NCBI GenBank assembly: GCA_026396675.1
Contig: JAPLWI010000008.1
Coordinates: 42,883-106,882 of the forward strand
Length of the DNA stretch: 64,000 nucleotides
Direction: 5' to 3'
DNA from: Candidatus Kaiserbacteria bacterium
GTDB lineage: Bacteria; Patescibacteriota; Minisyncoccia; Phycocordibacterales; Phycocordibacteraceae
Under the pieces are notes generated by a model that was given only the letters and a program-made list of their open reading frames with translations, was not told where the DNA came from and ran no database searches. Shown in pieces: positions 18,256-27,338 of the stretch (the first letter of the stretch is position 1; each line of letters begins with the position of its first letter). A program made the translations under genes and the position numbers.

Positions 18256-18818
18256 TCTAGCGTCAGTGCCTTACGAATATCGGCAGCAATTTCTTCTCGT
18301 GTTCGTTCACCGTCTATCTCGATCAGTACACCCGTCTTGCGAAACATTTCAACTACTGGTTCAGTGTAGGATCGGTATTCTTTCAGTCGTTCATCAACGA
18401 CACTGTCATCCGCACGGTCCTGAATCCCCTTTCGAAGCGCGAGGCGGCGAGAAATTTCTTCATCAGATACTTTCAAATACAAAACGGAAAATGGTCGTCC
18501 GATCCACGCCAGTGATTCAATAACGAGTTCTGCCTCGGGGATCTTGCGAGCGAAACCATCGAGTATAACGCTGTCGTCGTTCGAGAGTGAAAAAATATTT
18601 TTCAGAAATAAATATGTCGGAAGCCAGTTCGGCAGAAGAAGTCCTGCATTCATTTCTGATTGCATCTTCCGCCCAACAGGAGTTGTTTCTACCGACATCT
18701 CTCGAAATTCATTACCGGCCGTGAATATCTTCCAGCTGGTCTTTTCCGAAAGCAACCGCGCCTGATCACCCTTCCCGCATCCCGGCTTCCCGATGAAAAA
18801 TATCGTATGTGTTTCCAT
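18252..18818 (-). CDS. adk: adenylate kinase (short form)
   Basis: The P-loop FIGKPGCGKGDQA is present, and the gene sits after secY as in spc operons. Confidence 0.8.
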   Translation of the reverse strand: METHTIFFIGKPGCGKGDQARLLSEKTSWKIFTAGNEFREMSVETTPVGRKMQSEMNAGLLLPNWLPTYLFLKNIFSLSNDDSVILDGFARKIPEAELVIESLAWIGRPFSVLYLKVSDEEISRRLALRKGIQDRADDSVVDERLKEYRSYTEPVVEMFRKTGVLIEIDGERTREEIAADIRKALTLE

Positions 18819-18836
18819 CCTTTTACTCTAACACTT

Positions 18837-20111
18837 TTAATATTCCCTTAACGAGACCTGTGCATCAATCTTCTGTGCGAGATCGAGCGCGACCTGCACC
18901 GCGATAAGAAGCGCGGTGCCTCCGAGAACTAGAGTTGTGACACCGGTAATCCCTTGAATAATCGACGGTGCTACCGCGATGAAACCGAGAAATACTGCTC
19001 CTGGGAAAGTGATGCGGTTTACGATGCTGCCGATATATTTCTCTGTCTCACGACCCGGTCGCACACCAGGAACGAATGCTCCGGTTTTTTGAAGATTCTC
19101 GGCAACACGATGCGGCTCGAAAGTAACCGCGGTATAAAAGTAAGTAAAGAGTACAACGAGACAAAAGTAAATTGAACCGTACTTCCACGGATTAGAAAGA
19201 AAGGCCGTATACCAGAATGCCGCTCCGGAAGCGAACGATATGTGCGCTGCAGAGAGCATTGAAAGCGCCATTTGCGGCACGAGCAGGAGCGAGAGCGCGA
19301 AAATAATTGGAATGACACCTGCCTGCAGAAGACGGATTGGAAGATAAGTCGCCGCACCTTGGGACATCGCCGCTCCTCTCACGGCTCGTGCATATGCAAT
19401 CGGTATTGAACGTTCGGCGTCGGACACCACCACAACCGCATAAATCATCGCGAGCGCGAGGATGAAAAATGCGAGATAGGTCGGGATGTTCGCTGCGGTT
19501 GCAGAGAAGATGGTTTCCGAGATACTTGATGGTACACGCGCTAAAATGCCCGCGAGAATAATTAGAGAAACACCATTCCCGATACCGAATTCGGTAACGA
19601 GCTCGCCAATCCACATAAGGAGCATTGAACCGGCAGCGACCAATGCGATGTTCGTGAGAAATGCCATTGTGCCCAAATGCATGATGACATTCTGGTTTTG
19701 GAGAAGAAACAAGAAACCGATTGATTGAAGTATGGCAATCGGAATCGTGAGGATACGGCTCCATTCTATAAACTTTGCACGACCCGCTTCCCCTTCTTCG
19801 GCATATGCCTGTTTAAGTTGCGGGAAAATGATAGTTCCTAACTGCATAATAATAGAAGCGGTGATGTATGGACCGACACCGAGCATCACGATTGAAAGTT
19901 GCGAAAGTCCACCACCAGAGAACATATTAAGAAGACCGAAAAATTGGTTGCTTGAAAAGAAAGATGCGAGTGCGGCACGGTCCACTCCTGGTATTGGTAC
20001 CGATGCTAGGAGTCGGAAGATCGCTAGCGCGCCAACGAGAAACAAAATACGAAAGCGTATTTCAGAATCGCCGAGAGCAAGTTTTATCTTACGAATGAAA
20101 GAATTAAGCAT
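18837..20111 (-). CDS. secY: preprotein translocase subunit SecY (start taken at MLNSFIRKIKL; the longest ORF extends to 20204)
   Basis: …LGVGPYITASIIMQLGTIIFPQLKQAYAEEGEAGRAKFIEWSRILTIPIAILQSIGF… and ten TM helices match SecY. Confidence 0.9.
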   Translation of the reverse strand: MLNSFIRKIKLALGDSEIRFRILFLVGALAIFRLLASVPIPGVDRAALASFFSSNQFFGLLNMFSGGGLSQLSIVMLGVGPYITASIIMQLGTIIFPQLKQAYAEEGEAGRAKFIEWSRILTIPIAILQSIGFLFLLQNQNVIMHLGTMAFLTNIALVAAGSMLLMWIGELVTEFGIGNGVSLIILAGILARVPSSISETIFSATAANIPTYLAFFILALAMIYAVVVVSDAERSIPIAYARAVRGAAMSQGAATYLPIRLLQAGVIPIIFALSLLLVPQMALSMLSAAHISFASGAAFWYTAFLSNPWKYGSIYFCLVVLFTYFYTAVTFEPHRVAENLQKTGAFVPGVRPGRETEKYIGSIVNRITFPGAVFLGFIAVAPSIIQGITGVTTLVLGGTALLIAVQVALDLAQKIDAQVSLREY

Positions 20112-20556
20112 GGTATGTGCCTGCTGCTGCGAGAAGTGCCTTGTGCGCACTGACGGAAATCGTGCACCCTCTGATAACAAACGCCTTTGTAAACGGCTCA
20201 GCACCGAGAATCTTCACGGCTGGAGCGCGTCCTTTTATTCGACGCACGAGTCCTTTCGCGAGAAGCGATGCCGGAGAAACCGTCTCACCAACAGTATACG
20301 CCGCTTCAATCGCCGCGATATTAACAGGAACGATTGCTGTATGGTTCGTCCGAATCGTTCTTGAGCGATTCTTGCCATGACCTCGAAGTTTCGGGATCTT
20401 TTTGATGAGGTCACGTGCTTCAGGACGAATTTTGTGCCCGGCGCGCGATGACTGACCCTTGTGGCCACGACCGCTTGTCTTGCCACGACGACCGCCGCGT
20501 CCGACAGGCGCTACTTTCTTATTTTTTGTGCGAGGTGAGAGTGAATTGAGTTGCAT
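20104..20556 (-). CDS. rplO: 50S ribosomal protein L15
   Basis: MQLNSLSPRTKNKKVAPVGRGGRRGKTSGRGHKGQSSRAG... matches L15. Confidence 0.9.
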   Translation of the reverse strand: MQLNSLSPRTKNKKVAPVGRGGRRGKTSGRGHKGQSSRAGHKIRPEARDLIKKIPKLRGHGKNRSRTIRTNHTAIVPVNIAAIEAAYTVGETVSPASLLAKGLVRRIKGRAPAVKILGAEPFTKAFVIRGCTISVSAHKALLAAAGTYHA

Positions 20557-20565
20557 AAAAAAATA

Positions 20566-21189
20566 TTATCCGCCAAAAGTATTCTTTCCTGTTTGTGCAC
20601 GAAGTTTTTTCAAAGCCGCGACTGTTGCACGTGCTATGGTGAGCTTATTTTTTGAACGAGAATGTATCTTGGTCACAACATCTGTGATTCCTGCGAGATC
20701 AAGCACTGTGCGCACTGCAGAACCGGCGACAAGACCGCGTCCTTTTGATGGGATTATTTCAACAGTGGAAGATGCATACTTCGCCATGGCTTGATGTGGT
20801 ATTGATCCTAACGCAGTGCGAGGAACAATGAAAAGATGCTTCTTCGCGTCACGAGTCGCCTTATCAATAGCGAGTGAAGTATCGGCTCCTTTGCCAAGAC
20901 CAACCCCAACACGACCTTTCCGATCGCCAATGACCACTGCCAAACTGAAATTAAATCGTCTCCCTCCTGCCATCACGCGCGCTACACGCCGGGCATTAAT
21001 AGTTACTTGGTCAAATTCACTGTGTTCACGTGAAGAACGGTCGCCACGACCGCCGCCGCGTGGTGCCCGACCACGAATGGATCCTCGACTGCGCGCGACC
21101 GGACCGCGCATTTCTTGCTCTGCTTCTACTACAACGGCTGTTGTTCCGTTCTCATCCTGTACAATCTCTGGTTCTTTTTTTGTTGTCAT
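20566..21189 (-). CDS. rpsE: 30S ribosomal protein S5 with an N-terminal extension
   Basis: …FDQVTINARRVARVMAGGRRFNFSLAVVIGDRKGRVGVGLGKGADTSLAIDKA… matches S5. No L30 gene lies between S5 and L15. Confidence 0.9.
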   Translation of the reverse strand: MTTKKEPEIVQDENGTTAVVVEAEQEMRGPVARSRGSIRGRAPRGGGRGDRSSREHSEFDQVTINARRVARVMAGGRRFNFSLAVVIGDRKGRVGVGLGKGADTSLAIDKATRDAKKHLFIVPRTALGSIPHQAMAKYASSTVEIIPSKGRGLVAGSAVRTVLDLAGITDVVTKIHSRSKNKLTIARATVAALKKLRAQTGKNTFGG

Positions 21190-21195
21190 AATTAT

Positions 21196-21546
21196 TTAAA
21201 AAGTGAGCCCGCCTTCGCGTGCCGCGTCGGAAAGCGTTTTTACCTGCCCACCATATCGATATCCAGCACGATCAAAAACGACTGAGCCAACACCAGCGGC
21301 CTTGGCTGCCTTCGCAATTGCAGAGCCGACAGCCTTCGCCTGAAGCGACTGTGGGCCTTTGAACTCGCGGCCGTGCGCAGCAGCAATCGTCTTACCAGCC
21401 GCATCGTCAATGAGCTGTGCGGAAACGAAACGATTGCTCCGATACACCGCGAGACGCGGACGTGTTGCTGTACCTTTAATGACAGCGCGCACGCGTATAT
21501 GACGACGCTTTCGGAGTTCACGATTTGTTGTTGGTTTGTGTTGCAT
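21196..21546 (-). CDS. rplR: 50S ribosomal protein L18
   Basis: …RPRLAVYRSNRFVSAQLIDDAAGKTIAAA…VVFDRAGYRYGGQVKTLSDAAREGGLTF matches L18. Confidence 0.9.
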   Translation of the reverse strand: MQHKPTTNRELRKRRHIRVRAVIKGTATRPRLAVYRSNRFVSAQLIDDAAGKTIAAAHGREFKGPQSLQAKAVGSAIAKAAKAAGVGSVVFDRAGYRYGGQVKTLSDAAREGGLTF

Positions 21547-21569
21547 ATATTTCGTGATTCGTATTGCCT

Positions 21570-22100
21570 TTATACGGCCTTCTTACCCTGCTTGCGGCGG
21601 ACAACTTCATCATCATAGCGAATGCCCTTCCCGAGATATGGTTCCGGCGGCTTTACGCGTCGAATGTCCGCCGCAAATTGTCCGACTGATTCTTTGTTTA
21701 TGCTTTCCAATTTTATGATATTTTTTTCCACCGTTACTGACACATCCTCCGGTATTTCAAGTGGGACTGTGTGAGAGAAACCGACCGTGAGGATAACCTT
21801 ATTTCCTTTTACCTCCACACGATAGCCGACGCCATTTAGGATAAGTTTTACCAAATAGGGCGTCTCGACACCTTGTACCATATTTTTCACATGCGAAGCG
21901 AAGGTACCGGTAAGTGCTTTGGCGAGTCGTGAATTATTTTTCGGCGACACCATAACACCTTCTTCTCCAACGACGATAGAGACAGAAGGATGCACGCGCT
22001 TAGTGAGAGTACCTTTTGAGCCCTTAACTGAAAGCATCCCGCCCGCAACTGAAACGGCGGTTTCCCCTACAGATATTGGTTTTTTTGCGAGACGGCTCAT
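21570..22100 (-). CDS. rplF: 50S ribosomal protein L6
   Basis: MSRLAKKPISVGETAVSVAGGMLSVKGSKGTLTK... matches L6. Confidence 0.9.
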   Translation of the reverse strand: MSRLAKKPISVGETAVSVAGGMLSVKGSKGTLTKRVHPSVSIVVGEEGVMVSPKNNSRLAKALTGTFASHVKNMVQGVETPYLVKLILNGVGYRVEVKGNKVILTVGFSHTVPLEIPEDVSVTVEKNIIKLESINKESVGQFAADIRRVKPPEPYLGKGIRYDDEVVRRKQGKKAV

Positions 22101-22115
22101 AGTAAAATTATCAAA

Positions 22116-22520
22116 CTACCAAATTTCAAAAAGCTCTTCGCCGCCGACGTGGTTCTTCCTTGCTTCAACATCAGAAACGATACCGATGGAAGAAGAAAGA
22201 ATACGAGCACCAGTGCCGCCTTTTACACGATGTGCGGTAGTGTGCGGAGCGTAAAGTCGTCGACCTGGTTTGCTTACGCGCTTAACTCCACGCAATTTTG
22301 CTTCTCCGCGCCCATCGTATGCGAGCGTTACGACAAACGACTTTTTAACGCTATCGTTTTCTTTTGTCTTTATTTCTACAGCGGTAATGAACCCGAGTTC
22401 TTTAAGTTTTTCCGCTATGGAGACGAGGTGCGTTGAATACGGCATTATTACATCGCGCTTGCCGATGCGCGCGGCGTTCTGAAGACGGATAATAAAGTCC
22501 CCGACGCGGTCAGTTATCAT
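22116..22520 (-). CDS. rpsH: 30S ribosomal protein S8 (start taken at MITDRV; the ORF track extends to 22634)
   Basis: MITDRVGDFIIRLQNAARIGKRDVIMPYSTHLVSIAEKLKELGFI... matches S8. Confidence 0.9.
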   Translation of the reverse strand: MITDRVGDFIIRLQNAARIGKRDVIMPYSTHLVSIAEKLKELGFITAVEIKTKENDSVKKSFVVTLAYDGRGEAKLRGVKRVSKPGRRLYAPHTTAHRVKGGTGARILSSSIGIVSDVEARKNHVGGEELFEIW

Positions 22521-22539
22521 AGATAGTGAGGAAATGAAT

Positions 22540-22809
22540 CTACCATGATGCTTTTTTAACGCCCGGGATTTTTCCTTCGCGCGCAAGCTCGCGGAATTGA
22601 ATTCGCGAAAGGCCGAACGCGCGCATATAACCACGAGAGCGGCCAGTAATCGCGCAACGATTCTTCAGCCGCACCGGCGAGGAATTTCTAGGGAGCTTTT
22701 GAAGACCTTCGGAATCACCAGCCAATTTCAAAGCAGCACGCTTGACCGCGTACTTCTTCACGAGTTTCGCCTTTTTTGCGTATCTCGCCAGCTGGGATTT
22801 CTTAGCCAT
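22540..22809 (-). CDS. rpsN: 30S ribosomal protein S14 (start taken at [10 protein letters not shown])
   Basis: [28 protein letters not shown]...[43 protein letters not shown] matches S14. Confidence 0.9.
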   Translation of the reverse strand: MAKKSQLARYAKKAKLVKKYAVKRAALKLAGDSEGLQKLPRNSSPVRLKNRCAITGRSRGYMRAFGLSRIQFRELAREGKIPGVKKASW

Positions 22810-22911
22810 GAAAAATAAATAGCCCCGAAGAGCGTGCTGACACTGTAGCAAATAGCGTCTGCGCCGTCAAACTGATTGAAAACAGGATTTTATGGGTGAC
22901 CAAAAGGAAAT

Positions 22912-22943
22912 CCCGTATTCTGCCGGAAAGGCCAGAATACGGG
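22912..22943 (-). terminator. strong hairpin CCCGTATTCTG-CCGGAAAGGC-CAGAATACGGG downstream of the inserted 72-aa ORF
   Basis: A perfect 11-bp stem, extendable, just after the stop at 22952 on the minus strand. Confidence 0.5.
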
Positions 22944-22951
22944 ATAAAATG

Positions 22952-23167
22952 TTAAAAAGATTTCTCGTACAGCTTTTCAAGACGAGGAGACAATCTGTTC
23001 CGTGCCTTAGGATGTACTGAGCTGGAAGGCAATCCTTTCTCGAGAACCTTATTCAGATGCCTGCGCCATTTCTTGCCTTCCGGATTGTCCTCAGACATTT
23101 TGAACGCAGCCCTCGCGAGTATTTCTTCACCAAGCTTCGATAACGTTGATCCTAGAATTCTTTTCAT
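22952..23167 (-). CDS. small basic hypothetical protein (72 aa) inserted between rplE and rpsN
   Basis: A strong SD GGAAGGAG lies 8 nt upstream of the ATG. MKRILGSTLSKLGEEILARAAFKMSEDNPEGKKWRRHLNKVLEKGLPSSSVHPKARNRLSPRLEKLYEKSF. No family was recognised. Confidence 0.4.
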   Translation of the reverse strand: MKRILGSTLSKLGEEILARAAFKMSEDNPEGKKWRRHLNKVLEKGLPSSSVHPKARNRLSPRLEKLYEKSF

Positions 23168-23301
23168 TTCTCTCACTCCTTCCCTTTTTATTTTAAGACC
23201 TTTCTGGTTGATAGAGTATATAAAGATGACTGTTCTGTCAACAACGAAAACAAATTGTAAACGCCGCGGGTTAGCGCGGCGTTCAGATAATGAGCGACGA
23301 T

Positions 23302-23583
23302 TTACCTCCTCCGTAAAACCTTGGCAAAAATCCGTACTTCGTCTCCTGGTTCTACTGGCATATAGTTCCTGAGAGACCCTCTCTTTTTCGAAAGTTTCCT
23401 TTCAAATTTCCCGAAAAGACTGTTCGCCTTGGTTCTGGCGGCCTCCAAGTTGGGGGATTTAAACCTCTCGAAAAGAGAAAGGGACTTCGGCCTTGTGTCT
23501 TCGACACTGTCTAAACCCATACCAGATGGACGTACAAAGATTTCACGCCACTTCACATTCGCAATAACCATATATTCTTCCAT
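23302..23583 (-). CDS. small hypothetical protein (93 aa) inserted between rplE and rpsN
   Basis: A strong SD GGAGGT is upstream of the ATG. MEEYMVIANVKWREIFVRPSGMGLDSVEDTRPKSLSLFERF...EVRIFAKVLRRR. No family was recognised. Confidence 0.4.
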   Translation of the reverse strand: MEEYMVIANVKWREIFVRPSGMGLDSVEDTRPKSLSLFERFKSPNLEAARTKANSLFGKFERKLSKKRGSLRNYMPVEPGDEVRIFAKVLRRR

Positions 23584-23619
23584 CGTTTAACCTCCAACCA
23601 TTTTTTATGCTTCTGTGAG

Positions 23620-23639
23620 CTAATTTAGCACTAAATTAG
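23620..23639. promoter_or_regulatory. near-perfect 20-bp DNA palindrome CTAATTTAG-CA-CTAAATTAG overlapping the rplE stop codon
   Basis: Read directly. The 2-nt centre makes a tight RNA hairpin unlikely, so it more plausibly serves as a protein-binding site. Confidence 0.3.
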
Positions 23640-24178
23640 TCCTTGTCAACAATCAGCGGCACGCCAATATGGCGGAGGAATGCCTCAGCTTCGGACTTCG
23701 ATTTGGCTGTGGTAACGATTGTAACTGCAAAACCGAATACATCTTTCAGGTCTTCATCGGAGGTCTCTGGGAAAATAGTGTGCTCACGGATACCGATAGT
23801 GAGATTACCCATATCATCAATTGCTTTCGCAGAGAGTCCGCGGAAGTCGCGAGTGCGTGGAAACGCGATGTGAATAAGTTTGTCCAAAAAGTCGTACATC
23901 CGTGCGCCACGCATTGTTATCTGAAGACCAACAGTGTCGCCCTCACGCACTTTGAACGACGCAATGGAAAGGCGCGCAGAACGAGGGGATGGTTTCTGTC
24001 CAGTAATTTTCGCGAGTCGATCTTCGATGGTCTCCAGTTGTTTTTTGTCGCGCTTCTTGCCAACGCCCGAAGATACAATGACTTTCTGTATACGCGGACT
24101 CTGCATCGGGCTCGTGTAGCCGAATGTTTCTGCGAGTGCGAGATACGCTGTTTGCTGTTTTTGTTTGGTGATAGACAT
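23636..24178 (-). CDS. rplE: 50S ribosomal protein L5
   Basis: MSITKQKQQTAYLALAETFGYTSPMQSPRIQKVIVSSGVGK... matches L5. Confidence 0.9.
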   Translation of the reverse strand: MSITKQKQQTAYLALAETFGYTSPMQSPRIQKVIVSSGVGKKRDKKQLETIEDRLAKITGQKPSPRSARLSIASFKVREGDTVGLQITMRGARMYDFLDKLIHIAFPRTRDFRGLSAKAIDDMGNLTIGIREHTIFPETSDEDLKDVFGFAVTIVTTAKSKSEAEAFLRHIGVPLIVDKD

Positions 24179-24182
24179 ACCT

Positions 24183-24440
24183 CTATTTTACGCTAAAGAC
24201 GGACTCTTTCTTTACCGAGTCGGCGGAATCGACGCGTTTTACATTTGAAACATCGACTGGTCGCGGGCGTTCAATAATGCGACCGACCTTCCCCGCACTT
24301 CCCTTCAGATGACGCTTATAGATAGCAACGCCTTCAATGACAACTTTATTTTCGCGCGGCAGAGCACGCATGACGTTGCCAATAGCGCCTTTGTCCTTGC
24401 CTGAAATCACTTTTACTTTATCTCCTTTTTTAATTTTCAT
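24183..24440 (-). CDS. rplX: 50S ribosomal protein L24
   Basis: MKIKKGDKVKVISGKDKGAIGNVMRALPRENKVVIEGVAIYKRHLKG... shows the KOW motif. Confidence 0.85.
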   Translation of the reverse strand: MKIKKGDKVKVISGKDKGAIGNVMRALPRENKVVIEGVAIYKRHLKGSAGKVGRIIERPRPVDVSNVKRVDSADSVKKESVFSVK

Positions 24441-24476
24441 ATAAATTTCTTAATTTATCCCGAGTGTAACGAGGGA

Positions 24477-24854
24477 TTAAACTACTTCTTGCGCTAAGGA
24501 TATAATCGAATGCCAACCACGTTCAGAGAGCTCGCGCGGAACGGGGCCGAAAATGCGATTTCCTTTCGGGCCCATTTCTTTGCCTTGCTTCTCGATGAGT
24601 ACAACAGCATTCTCATCAAAACGAATGCTTGAACCGTCCTTGCGTCCCCATGGCTTAGTTTGGCGGACGACAACTGCGCGATAAATATCTTTTTTCTTCA
24701 CCGCCTTGCGCGGCTCGGCTGTCTGTACAGAAACGACAACAGTATCACCGATGCGTGCATACCTGCGATGCGAGCCGCCGAGCACCTTGAAAATCCGAGC
24801 GACCTTACCGCCGGAATTGTCTGCAATCGTTACGATGGATTGTGTCTGTAACAT
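24477..24854 (-). CDS. rplN: 50S ribosomal protein L14
   Basis: MLQTQSIVTIADNSGGKVARIFKVLGGSHRRYARIGDTVVVSV... matches L14. Confidence 0.9.
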   Translation of the reverse strand: MLQTQSIVTIADNSGGKVARIFKVLGGSHRRYARIGDTVVVSVQTAEPRKAVKKKDIYRAVVVRQTKPWGRKDGSSIRFDENAVVLIEKQGKEMGPKGNRIFGPVPRELSERGWHSIISLAQEVV

Positions 24855-24855
24855 A

Positions 24856-25197
24856 TTATTTCGTAGGGCGAGACGAGGTGACTCCTTGCTTCAAGGTGTC
24901 ACCTCGGCCTGCAATCTTGAAATGCTTCATTTTCGAAATTGGGCGAGTTGCCACAATGGTTACTGTGTCACCAATCTGTGCGATATTGCCCTGGTCGTGC
25001 ACGAGATAATTTTTTGACCGCACGAAATACTTTTTATATTTTGCGTTCTTCACAAAGCGATTAACACGGACAACGGCAGTATCTTTCGCCGCCGTTCTAA
25101 CGACAACTCCAGTAAATGATTGTGGACGAGCCGAAGGCACTGAGCTTGCCTGCGGTGAGCTTGTCGAACTCGTCGAATGTGTAGTGTTTTGTTCCAT
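24856..25197 (-). CDS. rpsQ: 30S ribosomal protein S17 with a Ser/Thr-rich N-terminal extension (start taken at MEQNTT; the ORF track extends to 25353)
   Basis: …FTGVVVRTAAKDTAVVRVNRFVKNAKYKKYFVRSKNYLVHDQGNIAQIGDTVTIVATRPISKMKHF… matches S17. Confidence 0.85.
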   Translation of the reverse strand: MEQNTTHSTSSTSSPQASSVPSARPQSFTGVVVRTAAKDTAVVRVNRFVKNAKYKKYFVRSKNYLVHDQGNIAQIGDTVTIVATRPISKMKHFKIAGRGDTLKQGVTSSRPTK

Positions 25198-25201
25198 ACA
25201 A

Positions 25202-25420
25202 TTATGCGGAGCGGGTCGCAGATCCTGAGCTGAGCGAACGGGCGGACTGTTCAGTGAGTATGCGCGCAATTTCTGCGCGAAATTTCTTCGGGGAGTTGCT
25301 GTCCTTTGGACGTGCACCGGCCGCCGCAAATCGCTCGGTACGCAGGAGCGCACGCGTGTCAGCGAGAAGTTTAGAAAGCTCTTGTTCTGTCTTTGTCGTC
25401 ATTGATTCCCTTTTTGTCAT
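25202..25420 (-). CDS. rpmC: 50S ribosomal protein L29
   Basis: …EQELSKLLADTRALLRTERFAAAGARPKDSNSPKKFRAEIARILT… matches L29. Confidence 0.8.
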   Translation of the reverse strand: MTKRESMTTKTEQELSKLLADTRALLRTERFAAAGARPKDSNSPKKFRAEIARILTEQSARSLSSGSATRSA

Positions 25421-25440
25421 AAAAATTGTAGAAAAGCAAA

Positions 25441-25863
25441 TTATTGATGCATAACGATTGCCGTTTTAACTGGAAGTTTCATTCCGGCCTGTCGTAGATG
25501 CGCACGAGCGATTGTTTCAGGCACGCCGTCATACTCAAAGAGTATGCGCCCTGGGCGAACTTCAAAGACATAGTGCTTTGGATCGCCCTTACCTTTACCC
25601 ATGCCGACTTCCGCTGGCTTAGCAGTTACTGGACGATCTGGGAAAATGCGGATCCAGAGCTTGCCTGTCTTCGCGGTTGCGCGCGTAAGCACTTTACGTG
25701 CTGCTTCAATCTGATTGCTCGTAACTCGCGCACTCGAGAGCGCTTTCATCCCGATAGAACCGAAAACAACCGTTGTGCCGCGGGTATCTGGACGAGACAA
25801 GCGCTTCTTGCTTTTACGTCCGGTCTGCCATTTACGATGTTTTACTTTTTTGGGAAATAACAT
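25441..25863 (-). CDS. rplP: 50S ribosomal protein L16 (start taken at [11 protein letters not shown])
   Basis: [42 protein letters not shown]... matches L16. Confidence 0.9.
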   Translation of the reverse strand: MLFPKKVKHRKWQTGRKSKKRLSRPDTRGTTVVFGSIGMKALSSARVTSNQIEAARKVLTRATAKTGKLWIRIFPDRPVTAKPAEVGMGKGKGDPKHYVFEVRPGRILFEYDGVPETIARAHLRQAGMKLPVKTAIVMHQ

Positions 25864-25873
25864 ATGCAAAATA

Positions 25874-26572
25874 TTAGCGAGCTACAGACACGGCACTCCG
25901 TCGGCTGGTGGATTTATCCTGATACACATTACCGCGATAGATCCACACTTTTACTCCGATAACTCCGTATGGTAAATGCGCTTCTTCATTTGCAAAATTA
26001 ATATCCGCACGGAATGTTTGAAGTGGGATACGGCCTTTCTTCACTTCTTCCTTTCGGCTCATTTCTGCACCGCCAAGGCGGCCTGAGATTGTAACTCTCA
26101 CACCTTCAACTTCGCGCGACGCCATAACCTTCTCTACTGTCTGCTTCAACACGCGACGAAACGGCATTCTTTTTTCAAGCCCTTCGACAACCATATAAGC
26201 GACAACAGAGGCATCCGTTTCCGGTTGGCGCAATTCTATGATATCGAACTTTAGTGCGCGACGATCGAGAGGAGCTACCGTACGAATCACGTCAGAAAGT
26301 TCCTTGCGCAACTTTACTGCATTCTCGCCAGAACGACCTATAACGAGTCCTGGGCGCGCTGTCGCAAGGATAACGCGAAGTGTGCTCGCTGATCGTTCGA
26401 TTTCGATGCCGCTTGTGTATGTACCGCGCAAACGTTTTGTGAGAAATCGACGAATTGTTTCGTCAACTTTGATATTTTCTCGGTAACTCTTCGCGTCACG
26501 GGCGAACCAACGGCTCTTCCAATCACGGATGATGCCGAGACGATGTGCGTAAGGATGGACAGTGTGGGTCAT
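25874..26572 (-). CDS. rpsC: 30S ribosomal protein S3
   Basis: MTHTVHPYAHRLGIIRDWKSRWFARDAKSYRENIKVDETIRRFL... matches S3 (KH domain). Confidence 0.9.
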   Translation of the reverse strand: MTHTVHPYAHRLGIIRDWKSRWFARDAKSYRENIKVDETIRRFLTKRLRGTYTSGIEIERSASTLRVILATARPGLVIGRSGENAVKLRKELSDVIRTVAPLDRRALKFDIIELRQPETDASVVAYMVVEGLEKRMPFRRVLKQTVEKVMASREVEGVRVTISGRLGGAEMSRKEEVKKGRIPLQTFRADINFANEEAHLPYGVIGVKVWIYRGNVYQDKSTSRRSAVSVAR

Positions 26573-26579
26573 AAAAAGA

Positions 26580-26924
26580 TTAGGAGAGTGTTACTTTCAC
26601 ATGACTCTTCCGGTGGCGAATAGCCGACGCGCGACCGAATGCGCGAGGCATAAATCGCTTTGTCATTCCGGCGCTATCAACTGTTATATCTTTAATGATG
26701 AGCCCATCAAATTTTTCTCCCTTTTTGCCGGAGATGGATCCTCCATTGACAGACGCATTTGCCGCCGCGCTTTTGATGAGTTTCGCAATTGGTTCTGCCG
26801 CGCGTTTCGGAAGGAATTGAAGCACAGCAAGTGCATCAGGAACTGACTTCCCTTTTACGAGGTCAGTCACGAGGCGAACCTTGCGCGGTGTCTGGTTATG
26901 GGTCTTGAGTGTTGCGCTTGCCAT
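26580..26924 (-). CDS. rplV: 50S ribosomal protein L22 (start taken at MASATLK; the ORF track extends to 26942)
   Basis: MASATLKTHNQTPRKVRLVTDLVKGKSVPDALAVLQFLPKRAAEPIAKLIKSAAANA... matches L22. Confidence 0.85.
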   Translation of the reverse strand: MASATLKTHNQTPRKVRLVTDLVKGKSVPDALAVLQFLPKRAAEPIAKLIKSAAANASVNGGSISGKKGEKFDGLIIKDITVDSAGMTKRFMPRAFGRASAIRHRKSHVKVTLS

Positions 26925-26925
26925 A

Positions 26926-27267
26926 TTATTTCTTGCCGGCAACAGGCGCTTTCGCGGCCTTAGCGGAAGCGATTTCCGCTTCCTGTTTCTTCTGTTCCAT
27001 CTCTTTCTGCATCTTACCGCCGTGACGGACGAACTTCTTGGTCGGCGAAAATTCGCCGAGACGATGACCGACCATTTCTTCAGTTACTAAAACATCAATA
27101 TGCTGTCTGCCATTATGTACACCAAAAGTAAAACCAATCATATCAGGGCTTATCTGACTTCGACGCGCCCACGTCTTAATAACCCCGGCCGATGACGGTT
27201 TCTTATCAACAAGTTTCTTCAGGAGTTTTGCATCCACGAAGGGTCCTTTTTTAATTGATCTGCTCAT
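26926..27267 (-). CDS. rpsS: 30S ribosomal protein S19 with a Lys/Ala-rich C-terminal extension
   Basis: [23 protein letters not shown]...[35 protein letters not shown]... matches S19. Confidence 0.9.
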   Translation of the reverse strand: MSRSIKKGPFVDAKLLKKLVDKKPSSAGVIKTWARRSQISPDMIGFTFGVHNGRQHIDVLVTEEMVGHRLGEFSPTKKFVRHGGKMQKEMEQKKQEAEIASAKAAKAPVAGKK

Positions 27268-27338
27268 GCAATGAAAAATCCGCTACGCGCGGTAGTTAGA
27301 CGATACAGGAATAGTCATACGCCGTCAAATTAACGTAA

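Noticed and set aside
19192-20364. Plus- and minus-strand alternative-frame ORFs inside secY and rplO
   Set aside because: They overlap the conserved SecY/L15 frames and carry no motifs. The 20204 start of the longest secY ORF is also rejected in favour of the conserved MLNSFIRK start.
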